From the NCBI RefSeq assembly GCF_009914755.1, contig NC_060927.1: a stretch of DNA of 64,000 nt; one strand, given 5' to 3'. The notes under the pieces were generated by a model, which worked only from the letters and a program-made list of their open reading frames with translations, was not told the DNA's origin and made no database searches. A program made the translations under genes and the position numbers. How positions within the stretch are numbered: position 1 is the stretch's first letter; the number at the start of each line of letters is the position of its first letter. This DNA is from the human T2T-CHM13v2.0 reference genome, Homo sapiens. Positions 1 to 15,575 of the stretch are shown piece after piece.

Positions 1-569
1 AGAGAGATCAGTGGCCTTCCCAAGTAGCGGCGGAGCACACAGGGCACCCAGTTCTTTGTCCTCCCTGCCACACTGCCACCCTCCTCTCTGTGAGACCATC
101 GGTTTCCCAGTCACACGTACACCATGCTTTTCCCATCCCAATTTGCACAGGGATTCTTTCTTTTCTTCTACACAGCCGTAGGATTAAGCTTTCCCTCCCT
201 CGATTTTTGTGCTACCCAGGAATGCCCTACCAGGAGGTGGTATTGCTTCTTCCTGGCAGGGTCCACAGTTAGTTAGCAGTTTAGGTTCCTGGCTACAACC
301 TCCAAATTGTTCTTTAGGGGATCCCCCTAGCTGCACCTGTGTTTAACATTTGGTGCTGTCAGCCTCCTTCTGGAAACTTGGCTTCCATCATGACCACAGA
401 TCCTGGTTTCCCTCCTTTTCTTCTGAGTGCCTCCAGGAGGCTCCCTCCTGCCTCTCCTCCTTGTCACTTTGTGACACTGTTTACAAAGGTCACTCTTCAC
501 TTCTGTTAAGGCCCAATTATTCTTTAGAATCCTGGTCCCACTTCCAGCTGCCTCCTGGTCACCTTAGCT

Positions 570-771
570 CAGGGTTTCTCAACCTCAGCACTATTGACAT
601 TTTAGGATGGATAATTCTTCACTGGGGGGGACTGCCCTGCGCATTGTACAATCCCTGGTCTGTGCTGAACAGATGCCAGTGGTACCCACTCCATTTTGAC
701 AACAAAAAAAAATATCTCTAGACATTGCAAATATCCCTGGGGAGCAAAATTCCCCTGACTGAGAACCACTG
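570..771. mobile_element. MER20 (hAT-Charlie non-autonomous DNA transposon)
   Basis: Termini CAGGGTTTCTCAACC...GAGAACCACTG; internal CACTATTGACATTT...GGATAATTCTT typical of MER20; perfect 8-bp TSD CCTTAGCT (562-569 and 772-779). Confidence 0.85.
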
Positions 772-1418
772 CCTTAGCTGGCCTCAGCAGCATCAAAACA
801 AAACTTCGACCTGCTCCTACCCCCTCCTCCCCAAATAAAATGATTCCCGCGTGACTTTGTGTATAATACAGGGCAAGAAGCAGAGAGAAAGGAGCCACAG
901 TCATAGAATTCTGAAACTTGGAAGGGGCCTCAGAGTCCCAGAGCTCAGGTGTGCTAAGCTATCATGGCCCCCTTTCTAAGCTTAGACACAGCTTCAAATC
1001 CTTCTCAGCATAGCAGCCCAGTTAATAAGAGGGGATGTGAAAGATGAACCTCCATGCCAGCCCTGCTCAGACCACTGCCCTCGTGTTAACCTGTACAAGT
1101 AGAGTTTAGTGGCCAAAAAGCTTATTTGACATGGCTTTTGGCTATACTTGCTAAACAAGACCAGTGGTACTGTGTCCTCAACACCAGGCCTGGCACATAA
1201 TTGGTGTTGAATAAATGATGGTTGAATAAATCACTTTAACAGTGGACTGTCTCTGGCTAGTGAGACCAGGGGTAATGCTTTTATTTTCTTTTGCATTTCT
1301 TCATTTTCAAACCTCTTTATAATTGAGAGTATTACTTTATAAAGGAGGAAAACATATGAATATTTTCCCCTAAGTTAAAAAAGCCCTCTGTCTCATTCCA
1401 CATGTCTTGCTTCCGCAG

Positions 1419-1664
<246 letters not shown>

Positions 1665-2064
1665 TAGTAGATGGGGAGGATCAGGGAAATTTGACAGGTT
1701 TCAGTGGGGCAAGATGGTTTCCTTAATGTTGCTGTTATGGGATGGTTGATATAAAGCCGTGTGTCGTTTTCAGGGTGAATTCTCAACAGGGAAGGCCTGC
1801 GTAGAGGGCTTGCAAGATTTCGTGGAAACCAAAATGTGCATTCAGCAAAGAGGGGAGGCTAGAATCATGCCAACTCAGTGATGTCATGTGTGTTTTTTCT
1901 TGCTGATCAGAATCTCTGATTAACAGTTATGGATGTCTTTAGCTAATAAAAAAGGGAAAAGCAAGTTGTTTCTTAATGAGCATAGTTTACTTGGTACTTG
2001 TCCTTTGAGGGGAATCTCTTGCATCTGACATTGTGTTTCTAGCTGAGTGTGAATTAGTCTGGAT

Positions 2065-2225
2065 TACTAGTTCTAAGTGTGGCAGCCAGGCCAGCAGTAG
2101 CCGCAGCATCAGGAAACTAATTAGAAATGCACATCCTCAGGCCCATACTGATTTGGAAATTCTGAGGGTGGGCCCAACACCCTGTGTTTTAACACACCCT
2201 CGAGGAGATGCTTGAAATCAGGGAG
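2065..2225. mobile_element. MER5A-like hAT element
   Basis: GCAGCATCAGGAAACTAATTAGAAATGCA...GAAATTCTGAGGGTGGGCCC...TGTGTTTTAAC resembles MER5A; boundaries approximate. Confidence 0.6.
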
Positions 2226-2359
2226 TATTAAATCTTCAACTTCGTTATTTTTCAAAGTTGTTTTGACTGGTCTAGGTCCTAAGGTATTTCTATGTGAGTT
2301 TTAGCATCAGTTAAATTCTAAAATTCTAGATTTTGATTGGGATTGTGTTGAAACTGTAG

Positions 2360-2823
<464 letters not shown>

Positions 2824-3438
2824 TATTTGTAGTTTTCAGTGCATAGGTCTTTTACATGTTTTGTCAGATTTATACCTGCATCTGTATTGATGCTACCGTA
2901 AATTATTATTTTTGGTTTTTTATTTCAATTTTCAGTTGTTTGTTGCTAGTATATATAAAAACAATAGGTTTCTGTATATTAATCTTGTAACCTACAACTT
3001 TGCTAAACTCAGTTACTAGTTCTAGTATCTTTTTTGTAGATTCTGCTGGATTTTTCTGAATAGACCATAGTGACTGCAAGTAAAGACAGTTTTACTTCTT
3101 CTTTTCCAATCTGGATGGCTCTTATTTCTTTTTCTTGCCTTATCTCATTGATTAAAATCTCTGGCATCCTGTTGAAAAGAAGTAACAAGAACAGACATCC
3201 TTGTCTTGTTCTTGATCTTAAGGGGTAAGTGTTTGGTCTTTAGCATTAAGTATGATGTTAGTTGCAGGCCTTTTATGGATGGCCTTTATCAGGTCATGGA
3301 AGTTCCTTTCTATTTCTAGTTTGCTGAGAGTTTTTATCAGGCATGGATGTTGGATTTTGTCCAGTGCTTTTTCTGTGTCTACTGAGATAACCAAATGGTT
3401 TTCCTTTTTTAGTTTGTTAATGTGGTAAATTACATTGA

Positions 3439-3742
<304 letters not shown>

Positions 3743-4018
3743 CCTTGATTTTTTTAATATTAAACCAAAATTGCATCCCTGGAATAAACCCCACTTGGTC
3801 ATGATGTATTATCCTTTAATATTGTTGGCTTTGATTTGCTAAACTTTTGTTTACAATTCTTATGTCTGTGTTCTTGTGAAATATTGGTCTATAGTTTTCT
3901 TGTAATGTCTGTGTCTAATTTTGGTATCAGAGTAATGTTGGCCTCATAGAACGAGTTTTATTCAATTTTCTGGAAGAGTTTGAGTTAAATTGGTATTTCT
4001 TCCCTAACTGTTTAGTAG

Positions 4019-4210
<192 letters not shown>

Positions 4211-4292
4211 TGAGAACGTAAATCTGGTCCCTGTCACTCCATCTTGGCCAGAAGCAGAACCAAATCATGACTTCAAAAAAATACAACTTTGT

Positions 4293-4569
4293 GGCTGGGC
4301 GCTGTGGCTTACAAGGCCTATAAATCCCAACACTTTGGGAGGCTGAGGTGGGCAGATTGCTTGAGCTCAGGAGTTTGAGACTTGCCTGGGCAACGTGGTG
4401 AAACCCCATCTCAACTAAAAATATAAAAATTAGCCTCGGGTGGCTGAGGTGGGAGAATCACTTGAGCTCAGGAGGCAAAGGTTGCAGTGAGCCGAGACTG
4501 CGCCACCTCACTCCAGCCTGGGCAACAGAGTGAGACTCCCTCTCAAAAAAACAAAACAAAACAAAAAAA
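4293..4569 (+). mobile_element. Alu with internal deletion at the start of the right monomer
   Basis: GGCTGGGCGCTGTGGCT...A-rich tail; AACTTTGT flanks both ends as a TSD. Confidence 0.9.
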
Positions 4570-4654
4570 CTTTGTAAATATGTTTTAAAAGCACTGAATT
4601 ATATACTTTTAAAGTATTAATATTATGGCATGTAGATTGTATCTCAATTTTAAA

Positions 4655-5090
4655 AAGCACCGTCCTCCAAGGGTTTGTCTGCAGCCCTGGGACTTTGAAC
4701 AATTTGAACAGGTACCAAGCACCTTCCCATCTTGGGACTTTGCATTTTGTCTTCTCTCTGCCTAGAACATTGTTCCTGCAGAAACACTGATTTCATTTAG
4801 GTCTCAGCTCAAATGTCACTTTATCTAAGAGGTCTTCCCTGACCAAACCATTGACACTAGTATCCACCCCACCCCAGTCATTTCTATGCCCAACTCTGTT
4901 CTTCTTTATTCTGCCTTTTATGGTTGGACATATTTTATCTTTGTTTGTGTTTTTGTCTCTGCTGACTAAAATATAAATGTCTGAGAGCAGGGACTTTATT
5001 TACTGACTGCATTATTCCTAGCATCTAGAATACTGCTTGGCTCATAGTAGCTCCCCAGTAAACATTTGTGGAATGACCAAATGAAAGAAT
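4655..5090. mobile_element. L2 3' fragment
   Basis: GTCTCAGCTCAAATGTCAC...GAGAGCAGGGACTT...GGCTCATAGTAG...AAACATTTGTGGAATGA. Confidence 0.65.
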
Positions 5091-5881
5091 AAACCTTGAA
5101 CAATATATGTGTAGTGAAAGGTTTGATGTGCTAGCTATATTATTTTTTTCTAACTCACATTACAATAATAAGTATATATAACTATTAAAATTAAAACTTA
5201 CATCTGTGCACTTTCTAAAATCATTTCATGCATCACCTATTGGAATATATGGCACACTTTGGGATATACTGAGTTAAATAAATGTAAACAAGTTTCTTCA
5301 CTGCAGGACTTACAAGAACTTTTAACATGCAAACACATATTAGAGGTGTAGTGATAGGATACATTGTCCTTAGAGCTTCCCACAGGGGTCATTTTTTGCA
5401 CGTGATTCTGAACTATGTTCCATAGAGAACATTCTGAAACACATTGCATAATGCATGTAAGAAAGTAACACCATGCCTGGTACATCGTTGGAACTCAATC
5501 AGTATTTCTCTCTACAGCCATATAAACTTCTCTGACTTTTTCCTGAGTACCTTTGGATGTTAAATTGGTTTCTGAGGAAAAATGTTTTCCTCAAGATTGA
5601 ATGTTTTCCTCAACATTTATAGCAGGAGCAGCAGGGAGAGGGGAAACATGGCCGCAGCATTATATTAGAAGTGTGCATTTGCAAAGCCTGTGTTCTGAAT
5701 GCCTGGGCTCTCCATGGCATTACTTTAGAAGAATGAGTTTGTTAAGCTTCTAATTCTGCCACCAGAGTCAGGCCCGATTTAGGGCATTGCCCACCCAGGC
5801 CTTCCTCGGGAATAGACACCAGATTCCCAGATTAGATGCTTCTCCACTCCATTAGATCTGCTATTAAGAAAAGGAAGATTT

Positions 5882-6107
5882 GGCCGGGTGCGGTGGCTCA
5901 CGCCTGTAATCCCACCACTTTGTGAGGCCGAGGTGGGTGGATCACGAGGTCAGGAGTTTGAGACCAGCCTGACCAACATAGTGAAACCCCGCTTCTACTA
6001 AAAATACAAAAAAAATTAGCCAGGCCTGGTGGCGCCTGTCATCTCAGCTACTCGGGAGCCTGAGGCAGGAGAATTGCCTGAACCCAGGAGGCGGAGGTTG
6101 CAGTGAG
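5882..6107 (+). mobile_element. Alu, 3'-truncated with no poly-A tail
   Basis: GGCCGGGTGCGGTGGCTCACGCC... ends abruptly at GTTGCAGTGAG. Confidence 0.9.
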
Positions 6108-7914
6108 TAACTCTGAACCTTTCTGGGGCTGAACTTTTCTGGAGTGGTCTGCACCCCTCAGATGGCCAGGACTTCCCTGGGCATCTGGATCCCAGGGGTC
6201 CTGCTCCCCTGAGGCCATGCCATCTTTGGGGAGGTGCTAAGCCTGGAGGTGCCCTCAGTTGCCCTGTACCCCACTGAACTCCAGGGGATCTCAACTCTGC
6301 AGTTTCTCTTCTTCCAAACTCAGAAAGAATAAAAACGTGGCAGCACGATGATGAGGAGAAGGAAGAGAATGATAATTTTGATGACGGGGTATTGAATGGG
6401 CAGAAACTGTGTGGAAGGCCCGTGCTAAGCACATTGCATTTGCTGTCTTTGAATCCTTACAAATGCTATCGTGGTAGTTGCTGTTGTTATTTCTGTTTTA
6501 TAGTTGAAGAAAATACAGCAAAAGTTTCACACAACCAGCAACAGTTTGAGCTACCTGTTGACTCCTACCCACTGTCAGTCTGGTTGTGTAGGAAAATCCT
6601 CCCCCACAGCACAGTGGATCCTTGTGCCTCTGGGAAGGGGAGCTGAAGTCCCAGGAAGAAGTGGGTGTGGCTGAACTATCATACCTCTTCTGCCCTTCTT
6701 ACTCCTCACCCAGGGTCCTTCAGAGAACCAGGTGCTCCGGTTGTGATCTCAGTCTCACGTCAGAGATTTGCAAGCTGCTTAAGGAAGCCTTCTCTGTGAC
6801 TTCCACACTGATTATTCTCACAGGCTGCCTGCTTTCTTGCAAACCTGTTTCTTGTTTTCTTCCAGGAAGTCACATTGCCTGTGTCCTCCCAGAACCTAAG
6901 AGACAAGAGCTGGCTGGCCTCAGGGGCCAGCAGCCAGGCTCTCCTGTGGCTGTGGGACCCCCAGGCTTTGGAGCAAGCCTGCTCTGAGTTCTTTCCTGCA
7001 AGGGTTCGGGATCCTCATCTCACTTTACATTGTCAAGGGCCCAACCCTCGGAGCCTCTCTTCCTCCCCGTCTGGTCCCTGCTTCTCCACTGTGGGGTTTG
7101 CTTCGGCTGTCCCATCTCCATGCTCTCAGCCCTCTCCTCCTGTCTCTGACTTTGGAACACCACCTCACCTTGGCTTTCAGCTGTGTGACTGCCCTCACCC
7201 CAATTCTCTCTTGTCATGAATCAGGAAGCCCCAAACCTTCGGCAGAGCCATGGAGTTTTGTGTTTGTTTGTTTTATTGTGATAAAGTGTACATAACATAA
7301 AAGTTACCATCTTAACCATCTCTAAGTGCATAGTGCATTCACTTTGTTCTACAACCATCCCTGCCATTCATCTCCAGAACCTTTTCACCTTCCTCAACTG
7401 AAACTCTGTACCTATTAAACACTGACTCCCCATTCTCCCCTCTCCTCAGTCCCTGGCAACCACTATTCTGCTTGCTCCCTTTTCTTTTATTGATATCATA
7501 TTCATACATATTTTGAGGGCATGGTAATGATCAAATCCAGGTAATTAGCATATCCATCACCTCAAACATTCTTTCTTTGTATTGGGAACATTACAATTCT
7601 TCTCTTCTAGCTATTTTGAAATTTGCAATGAATTATTGTTAACTATAATTTCCCTACTGTGCTATCAAATACTAGAACTTATTCCTTCTCTTTGTATTTC
7701 TGTACCCATTAACCAACTTCTCTTCATCCCCCCACCCACACACCCTTCCCAGCCTTTGATGTCAATCATTCCACTCTCTACCTCCATGAAATCCACTGTT
7801 TTAGCTCCCACATATCAGTGAGAGCATGCAATATTTGTCTTTCTGTGCCTGGCTTGTTTCACTTAACATAATGACCTCCAGTTCCATCCATGTTGCTGCA
7901 AATGACAGAATGTC

Positions 7915-8213
7915 TTTTTTTTTTTTTTTTTTTTTTTGAGACGGAGTCTCACACTTGTTGGGCAGACTAGAGTTCAGTGGCACGATCACTGCAACCTCCC
8001 CCTCCCGGGTTCAAGCAATTCTCCTGCCTAAGCCTCCCAAGTAGCTGAAATTACAGGCACCTGCCAACACGCTCGGCTAATTTTTGTATTTTTAGTAGAG
8101 ATGGGGTTTCACCATCTTGGCTAGGTTGGTCTCGAACTCCTGACCTCAGGTGATCTGCCCACCTCGGCCTCCCAAAGTGCTGGCATTACAGGCATGAGCC
8201 ACTGCGCCCAGCC
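7915..8213 (-). mobile_element. Alu (AluS-like)
   Basis: T23 tail followed by antisense Alu dimer. Confidence 0.93.
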
Positions 8214-8875
8214 TCATTCTTTGTTATGGATGAATAATATTCTATTGTGTATATATGCTACATTTTCTTTATCATTCATTCATTGAAAGGCACTTAGGTT
8301 GCTTCCTTACTCTTGGCTATTGTGACTAGCGCTATGATAAACATGGGAGTGCAGGTATCACTTCAATATACTGATTTCCTTTCCTTTGAGTGTATACTCA
8401 GCAGTAGGATTGCTGGACCATATGGTAGCTCTATTTTTAGTTTTTTGAGGGATCTCCATACCATTTTCCATAGTGGCTATACTAGTTTATATTCCCACCA
8501 GCAGTATCCAAACATTCTCTTTTCTCCACATCTTCCCTAGCATTTGTTATTTTTTGTCTTTTTGATAATAGCCATTGTAACTGGGGTGAGATGTTATCTC
8601 ATTGTAGTTTTGATTTGCATTTCATTGTAGTTTTGATTTGCATTTCTCTGATGATTAGCGATGTTGATAATTTTTTCATATACCTGCTATCCATTTGTTT
8701 GTCTCTGAGAAATGCCTATTCAGGTCTTTTGCCCTTTAAATCAGAATTTTATTTTATTTTGCTAATGAGTTGTTTGAGTTTCTTATATATTCAGGTTATT
8801 AATCCCTTGCCCCTTAAACACTAAGTCCCCATTTTCCCCTCTCCTCAGTCCTTGGCAACCACCATTCTACTTTCT

Positions 8876-9167
8876 TTTTTTTTTCTGAAATGAGGTCTCA
8901 CTCTGTCACCCAGGCCGGAATGCAGTGGTGCGATCTCGGTTCACTGCAACCTCCGCTTTCTGAGTTCAAGTGATTATCCTGCCTCACCCTCCTGAGGAGC
9001 TGGGATTACAGGCGCGCACCACCACGCCTGGCTAATTTTTGTATTTTTAGTAGGGATGGGGTTTCACCGTGTTGGCCAGGCTGATCTCGAACTCCTGGCC
9101 TCAGGTGATCCACCCACCTCGGCCTCCTAAAGTGCTGGGATTATAGGCGTGAGCCACCGCGCCCGGC
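8876..9167 (-). mobile_element. Alu (AluS-like)
   Basis: Antisense dimer; TTCTACTTTCT flanks both ends as a TSD. Confidence 0.93.
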
Positions 9168-9316
9168 TTCTACTTTCTGTCTCTATGTATTTAACTAATC
9201 TAGATACCTCATTTGAGTGCTATGATAAGTGGAATAATATTTGTCCTTTTATGTGGCTGGCTTATTTTAATTAGTACAATCTATTCAAGGTTCATCCATG
9301 TTGCTGCATGTTCTGA

Positions 9317-9630
<314 letters not shown>

Positions 9631-11894
9631 TTCTCTCCGTTTTAAAGCTGAATGATATTCCACTGTATGGATGTACCATGTTTTCATTATCTGTTCATCT
9701 GTGGATGGACACTTGGGTGGTTTCCACCTTTTTGCTGTTATGAATAACGCTGCTATGAGCATGGTATATAAATATCTGAGTCCCTGCTTTCCTTCTTTCG
9801 TCTTAGAGTTCTTGTGTGCCTATTTTTTCTGTTGGTTAGGGATGGAAGGCTGCTAAGCCCCTCACTTTACAATTGTGGAAACTGAGGTACAGATGGAGAG
9901 GTCACTAGTCTAGGGTGAGACCTAGCTAGCTGGAGAGCCAGGTTTTGGGCTTCTTGACTCTGCCGAGCGTGTCCTCCACCCTGTCCCACTACCTCCTGCT
10001 TTGGCCCAGGCCTTGGGCCTTTAAGGTGGGATGCTGACCAAATCCTCTCCTCACTTACAACAGGGCAGATGTCTCTGGGCCTCCCCACCCTCTGGCTCCC
10101 AGCCCCGCCCTCTGCCCAGCCAGCCTCTGGAACTTTGCATCTTTCTTCCATCGGTGGAGAACAGCAGTGGGCCCTGAGTCTCCAGACACTGCTTCCTACC
10201 TTGGGGTTCTTGGGCCCAGCTCCGCAACCTCTCTGTCTCCGACTCCCCAGCAAGTGCCCAGTGTTTTCAAAGAGCAAAAGCCTGGCTCTTCTCCTGCACC
10301 ATCAGAAGCTGGGACATTTCCACCCTGGCTTCTGCCCAAACCTCAGACACAAGTGCTGTTGTCTTCTCAGAGGGGCCTGAACCTGGCTTTTCCCCCACAC
10401 ACTTGAATCCACATTCTTTCTGGGGACGAGGAGGAGAGGAGGACATTTGAAGGGCAGGGAGAGGAAAAGGAACGTTTACTGAGTTTTTTTTTCCTGAACC
10501 AGGGGCTTTACCAGGGGGCTTTATGCTCAGCAGGCCTTAGGCCAGCTTCAGAGTGGGCACTCTCCATAGGCCCCAACTAAGAATGGGGTGCAGGCAGAGC
10601 TGGCCTGTCACCCACCAAGGGGAAGCTGCCCTTCCCCTGCCAGCAGTGATGTGGGAGGAATTTCCCTCTTTCCCTTCATAGGGAAGCATGGCTGCTGGCC
10701 TGAGATTATGCAATCCAGCCCTGCAGGCCTGGGCCTGACCCTTTGTCCCTGCTGCATCAGCCATGCTGCTGAAATGCCTCACTGATCTCCATGGTGCCCA
10801 GGGCAGTGCTCTCTGGTAGAAAGCCCTTCCTCACATTGCTGACACATCTCTTCCCAAATCCTCTCTTGCTGTCTGTCCTCAGAGCGGTGGTAGCAGTTAC
10901 TACCAACCAGACTTTTCTTGAAGGCCTCATGCTAAGGGCTTTTACAAGGATGCCTTATTTCATCCTTGTGACAATTCTGTGAAATTGAGATTAGTCAAGT
11001 GAGAGTAAATCACTTTCCAGGTGAGCGCAGCTGCTCTGCAGCCAGTGTACCTCAGTACTGCTGTACTAGTTGGTAAAATAGTGAAGTACTCTCTACCACT
11101 GGAAAATTGCTGCTGCTGCTGCCCTGCACCCGAGGGGCCCTTCCCAGACCCACTAGCCAGGCTGGGAGCTGAAGGACCCCTCTCCAGCCACTGACCTAGA
11201 GTCAGCTCAGTGAGGCTTGGACTCAGTGATGAAGGTGTGAGTGGAATATGCAACTCCCTACACCCAACTCTTAGCACAGCCTGGGCTCGTTCCAGATTTG
11301 TCAGCATCCCAAAATCCAAGTGTTTTTCCACTTTCCTTGCTGACAATCAGGTCATATATGCCAGTTAATGTGGGGTTTTGCCTGAGTTTCAGAACTTCAT
11401 GTTGGTCCCTGTTAGAAGTCATGTGACCAGTTTGGGCCAAGCACACCAGCCTGACCAATAGATCTGAGACCTCCCCTGTCTGCCATTGTGTTGGGTGATG
11501 CCACCTTCCCTGGGCCTCAGTGTTGCCTCTATCAGCCTGTGCTCCCCACACCCTGGCTCCGGTGACTGGGGCTCCTCCTCCCTTTGGGCTGCCTCTGGAC
11601 AAAGACCTTGCACCCTCATCAGTGGGATCTGTATCCAAATGAGATACACCTCATAGTTGTTGCAAAGGATAAATGAAAAAAATACAAATTGTGAGTTCCT
11701 TGAGGAAAAGGACTGTGCCCACCATTGTATCTCTGATGTCAGCCCAGACTTGGCATCTATTAGGTGTTTAATTATTGTTTATTGAGTGAGGGGGGAAACA
11801 AGTCACCTTGCAAGGGCTTGGCACATAGCAGACCTCAGTAGATGCTATTGTTGCAGTGATTGCTTTAATGTGATATATATTATTGTTGTTTTTA

Positions 11895-12052
11895 TTGTTA
11901 TTTTTAGACACAGGGTCTCACCGTGCCACCCAGGCTAGAGTGCAGTGGCATGATCATAGCTTACTGCAGCCTTGAACTCCTGGGTTTAAGTGATCCGCCC
12001 ACCTTGGCCTCCTAAAGCACTAGGATTACAGATGTGAGCCACTGTGTCTGGT
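11895..12052 (-). mobile_element. Alu monomer (FLAM/FRAM/AluJ-like)
   Basis: TTTTAGACACAGGGTCTCAC...GGATTACAGATGTGAGCCACTGTG. Confidence 0.8.
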
Positions 12053-12239
12053 TTATATTATTTATGAGGTGGCTTGATGGTTTCAAGAATAGGTCCCATC
12101 ACCTGTATGGATGAGGGGCCACTGACACATGTCCCTGTGTCTAGGGAGGTTCAGGAGTGAGGCTTGAGCCCCTGACTTAGGGATATACCTCTCCGCCCAG
12201 AGTTGTGTGAATTGAACCCTGAGTCCTATGTACCTGGAT

Positions 12240-13700
12240 ATGTTCACTAATTCCTTCTGCAAATAATTGCTAATGTACCCATCTCTCTTTTGGGCTCTGA
12301 GGACATAGCAATTGGCAAATCAAAGCCCCTGCTCTCATGAAGCTTATATTTTAGTGGGGTGAGGGGACAGAGCATAAACAAATATGTATGGTGTCAGGTG
12401 GTGATAAGTGCTGTGATGAAGGTCAGACAAGGTAAGGGAGTCACAGTGGGGAAGTGGTTACGGTCTTGTGTTGGCTGGTCAAGGAGGGCTTTCCTGATAA
12501 GGGAATGTTGGAGCAGATACCTAAAAGAGAAAGCTGCACCTGTATCTGGAAGAGAATCTCAGTCAGTGGGAGTATCAGGTGCAAGGGCCCCGAGGCAGGG
12601 GTGTGCCTGGCCTGTGTGGGGAATAGCTAGGAAGCCAGCGTGTGGAACAAGTGAGAGCACAGCTAGTAGGAGAGAGGTCAGGCAGGTAGCTGGAAGGGAT
12701 TGATCTCACAGGGTTTTGTAGGTAAATGAGAAGCCATTGGAGGATTTTGAGCAGAGGAAGGACATGATCTAACATGTTTAAAACGTGGATACTTCTCAGT
12801 TCCTTATCCTGCTGCGCTCCTGGCCTGGCGAGTGAGAAGAGCTCACTCTGGCTCTGGTGTGAACGGAACACAGAGGAACCATGGCAGAATCGGAAAGACC
12901 AGTTAAGAAGCTCCTGATGATGGGCTTGGGCATTGGTGGAGGAGGTGGTGAGAAGGGTAGATTCTGGTTGTGTTTTGAAGGAGGAAACGACAGGATTTGT
13001 CGATGGAGTATTTGAGGTTATTAGAGAGGGAAGAGTCTTTGGCCTGAAGAACCAGTAGCATAGAGTTACATTTATCAAGATTAGGAAGAACAGTGAAAAA
13101 CAAGTTTTGAGGGGAAATCAAGAGTCTAATTTTGGACGTGTTAAATCCAGGATGCCTTTCACACATACAAGTAGAAGTCAGGGTGGCAGCTGGATATCTA
13201 AGCCTGTAGGAGGGGAGACCTGTGGGCTGGATAGAAATCTGGGTGGTGACCTGTAAAGCTGCAGGATGAGAGATCACCAAGAATGTGACTGCGGTTAGAG
13301 AAGGACCCACCAATGTTTAGAGGCTGGGGAGAAGAGGAGACAGGGCAGGACCAGTCACTGTAGTAGGATAAAGACCAAGGGAGAGTGGCATCCTGCAGCC
13401 AAGTGAAGAAGGTGCTTCACAAAGGCAGGGACCATCAGCTAAGCTGCATGAGAGACCGGCCAGGAGCCCAGCAGGATGAGGAACTGAGAAGCACCCATTG
13501 GATTTAGTGACATGGAGGTCATTGGTGACTTGACAAGATCAGTTTTGATGGAGTGGTTGGAGATGAAAGTCTAATTAGAGTGGGTTCAAGAAAGTGGTGG
13601 AGAGGAGGAGCAGGCAGCGAGGATAGGCAAGAAGCGTTTCTGTAAGGAGGAAGAGAGAAATGAACAGTAGTGGGAGGGAGAGGTGAGGCCAAGGGGCGGG
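12240..13700. mobile_element. L2 fragments
   Basis: L2 motifs AAGCCATTGGAGGATTTTGAGCAGAGG, TTGGATTTAGTGACATGGAGGTCATTGGTGAC. Confidence 0.65.
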
Positions 13701-13713
13701 GTTTTGATTTGTA

Positions 13714-14010
<297 letters not shown>

Positions 14011-14013
14011 TAA

Positions 14014-14468
<455 letters not shown>

Positions 14469-14624
14469 TAGCAGTGTCCTCGAACAGGTGGCAGGGACCT
14501 GGAGCCAGTGCTTAGCTGGAGAGGATGGTCTTAGGAGCAGAGCTGGGTCATCCACCCTAGCGAGAGGGCAGGTGGAACATGTGTTTTACAGGGAGGGAGG
14601 TGGGTTGATTTTTTTCCTCATATA

Positions 14625-15575
<951 letters not shown>

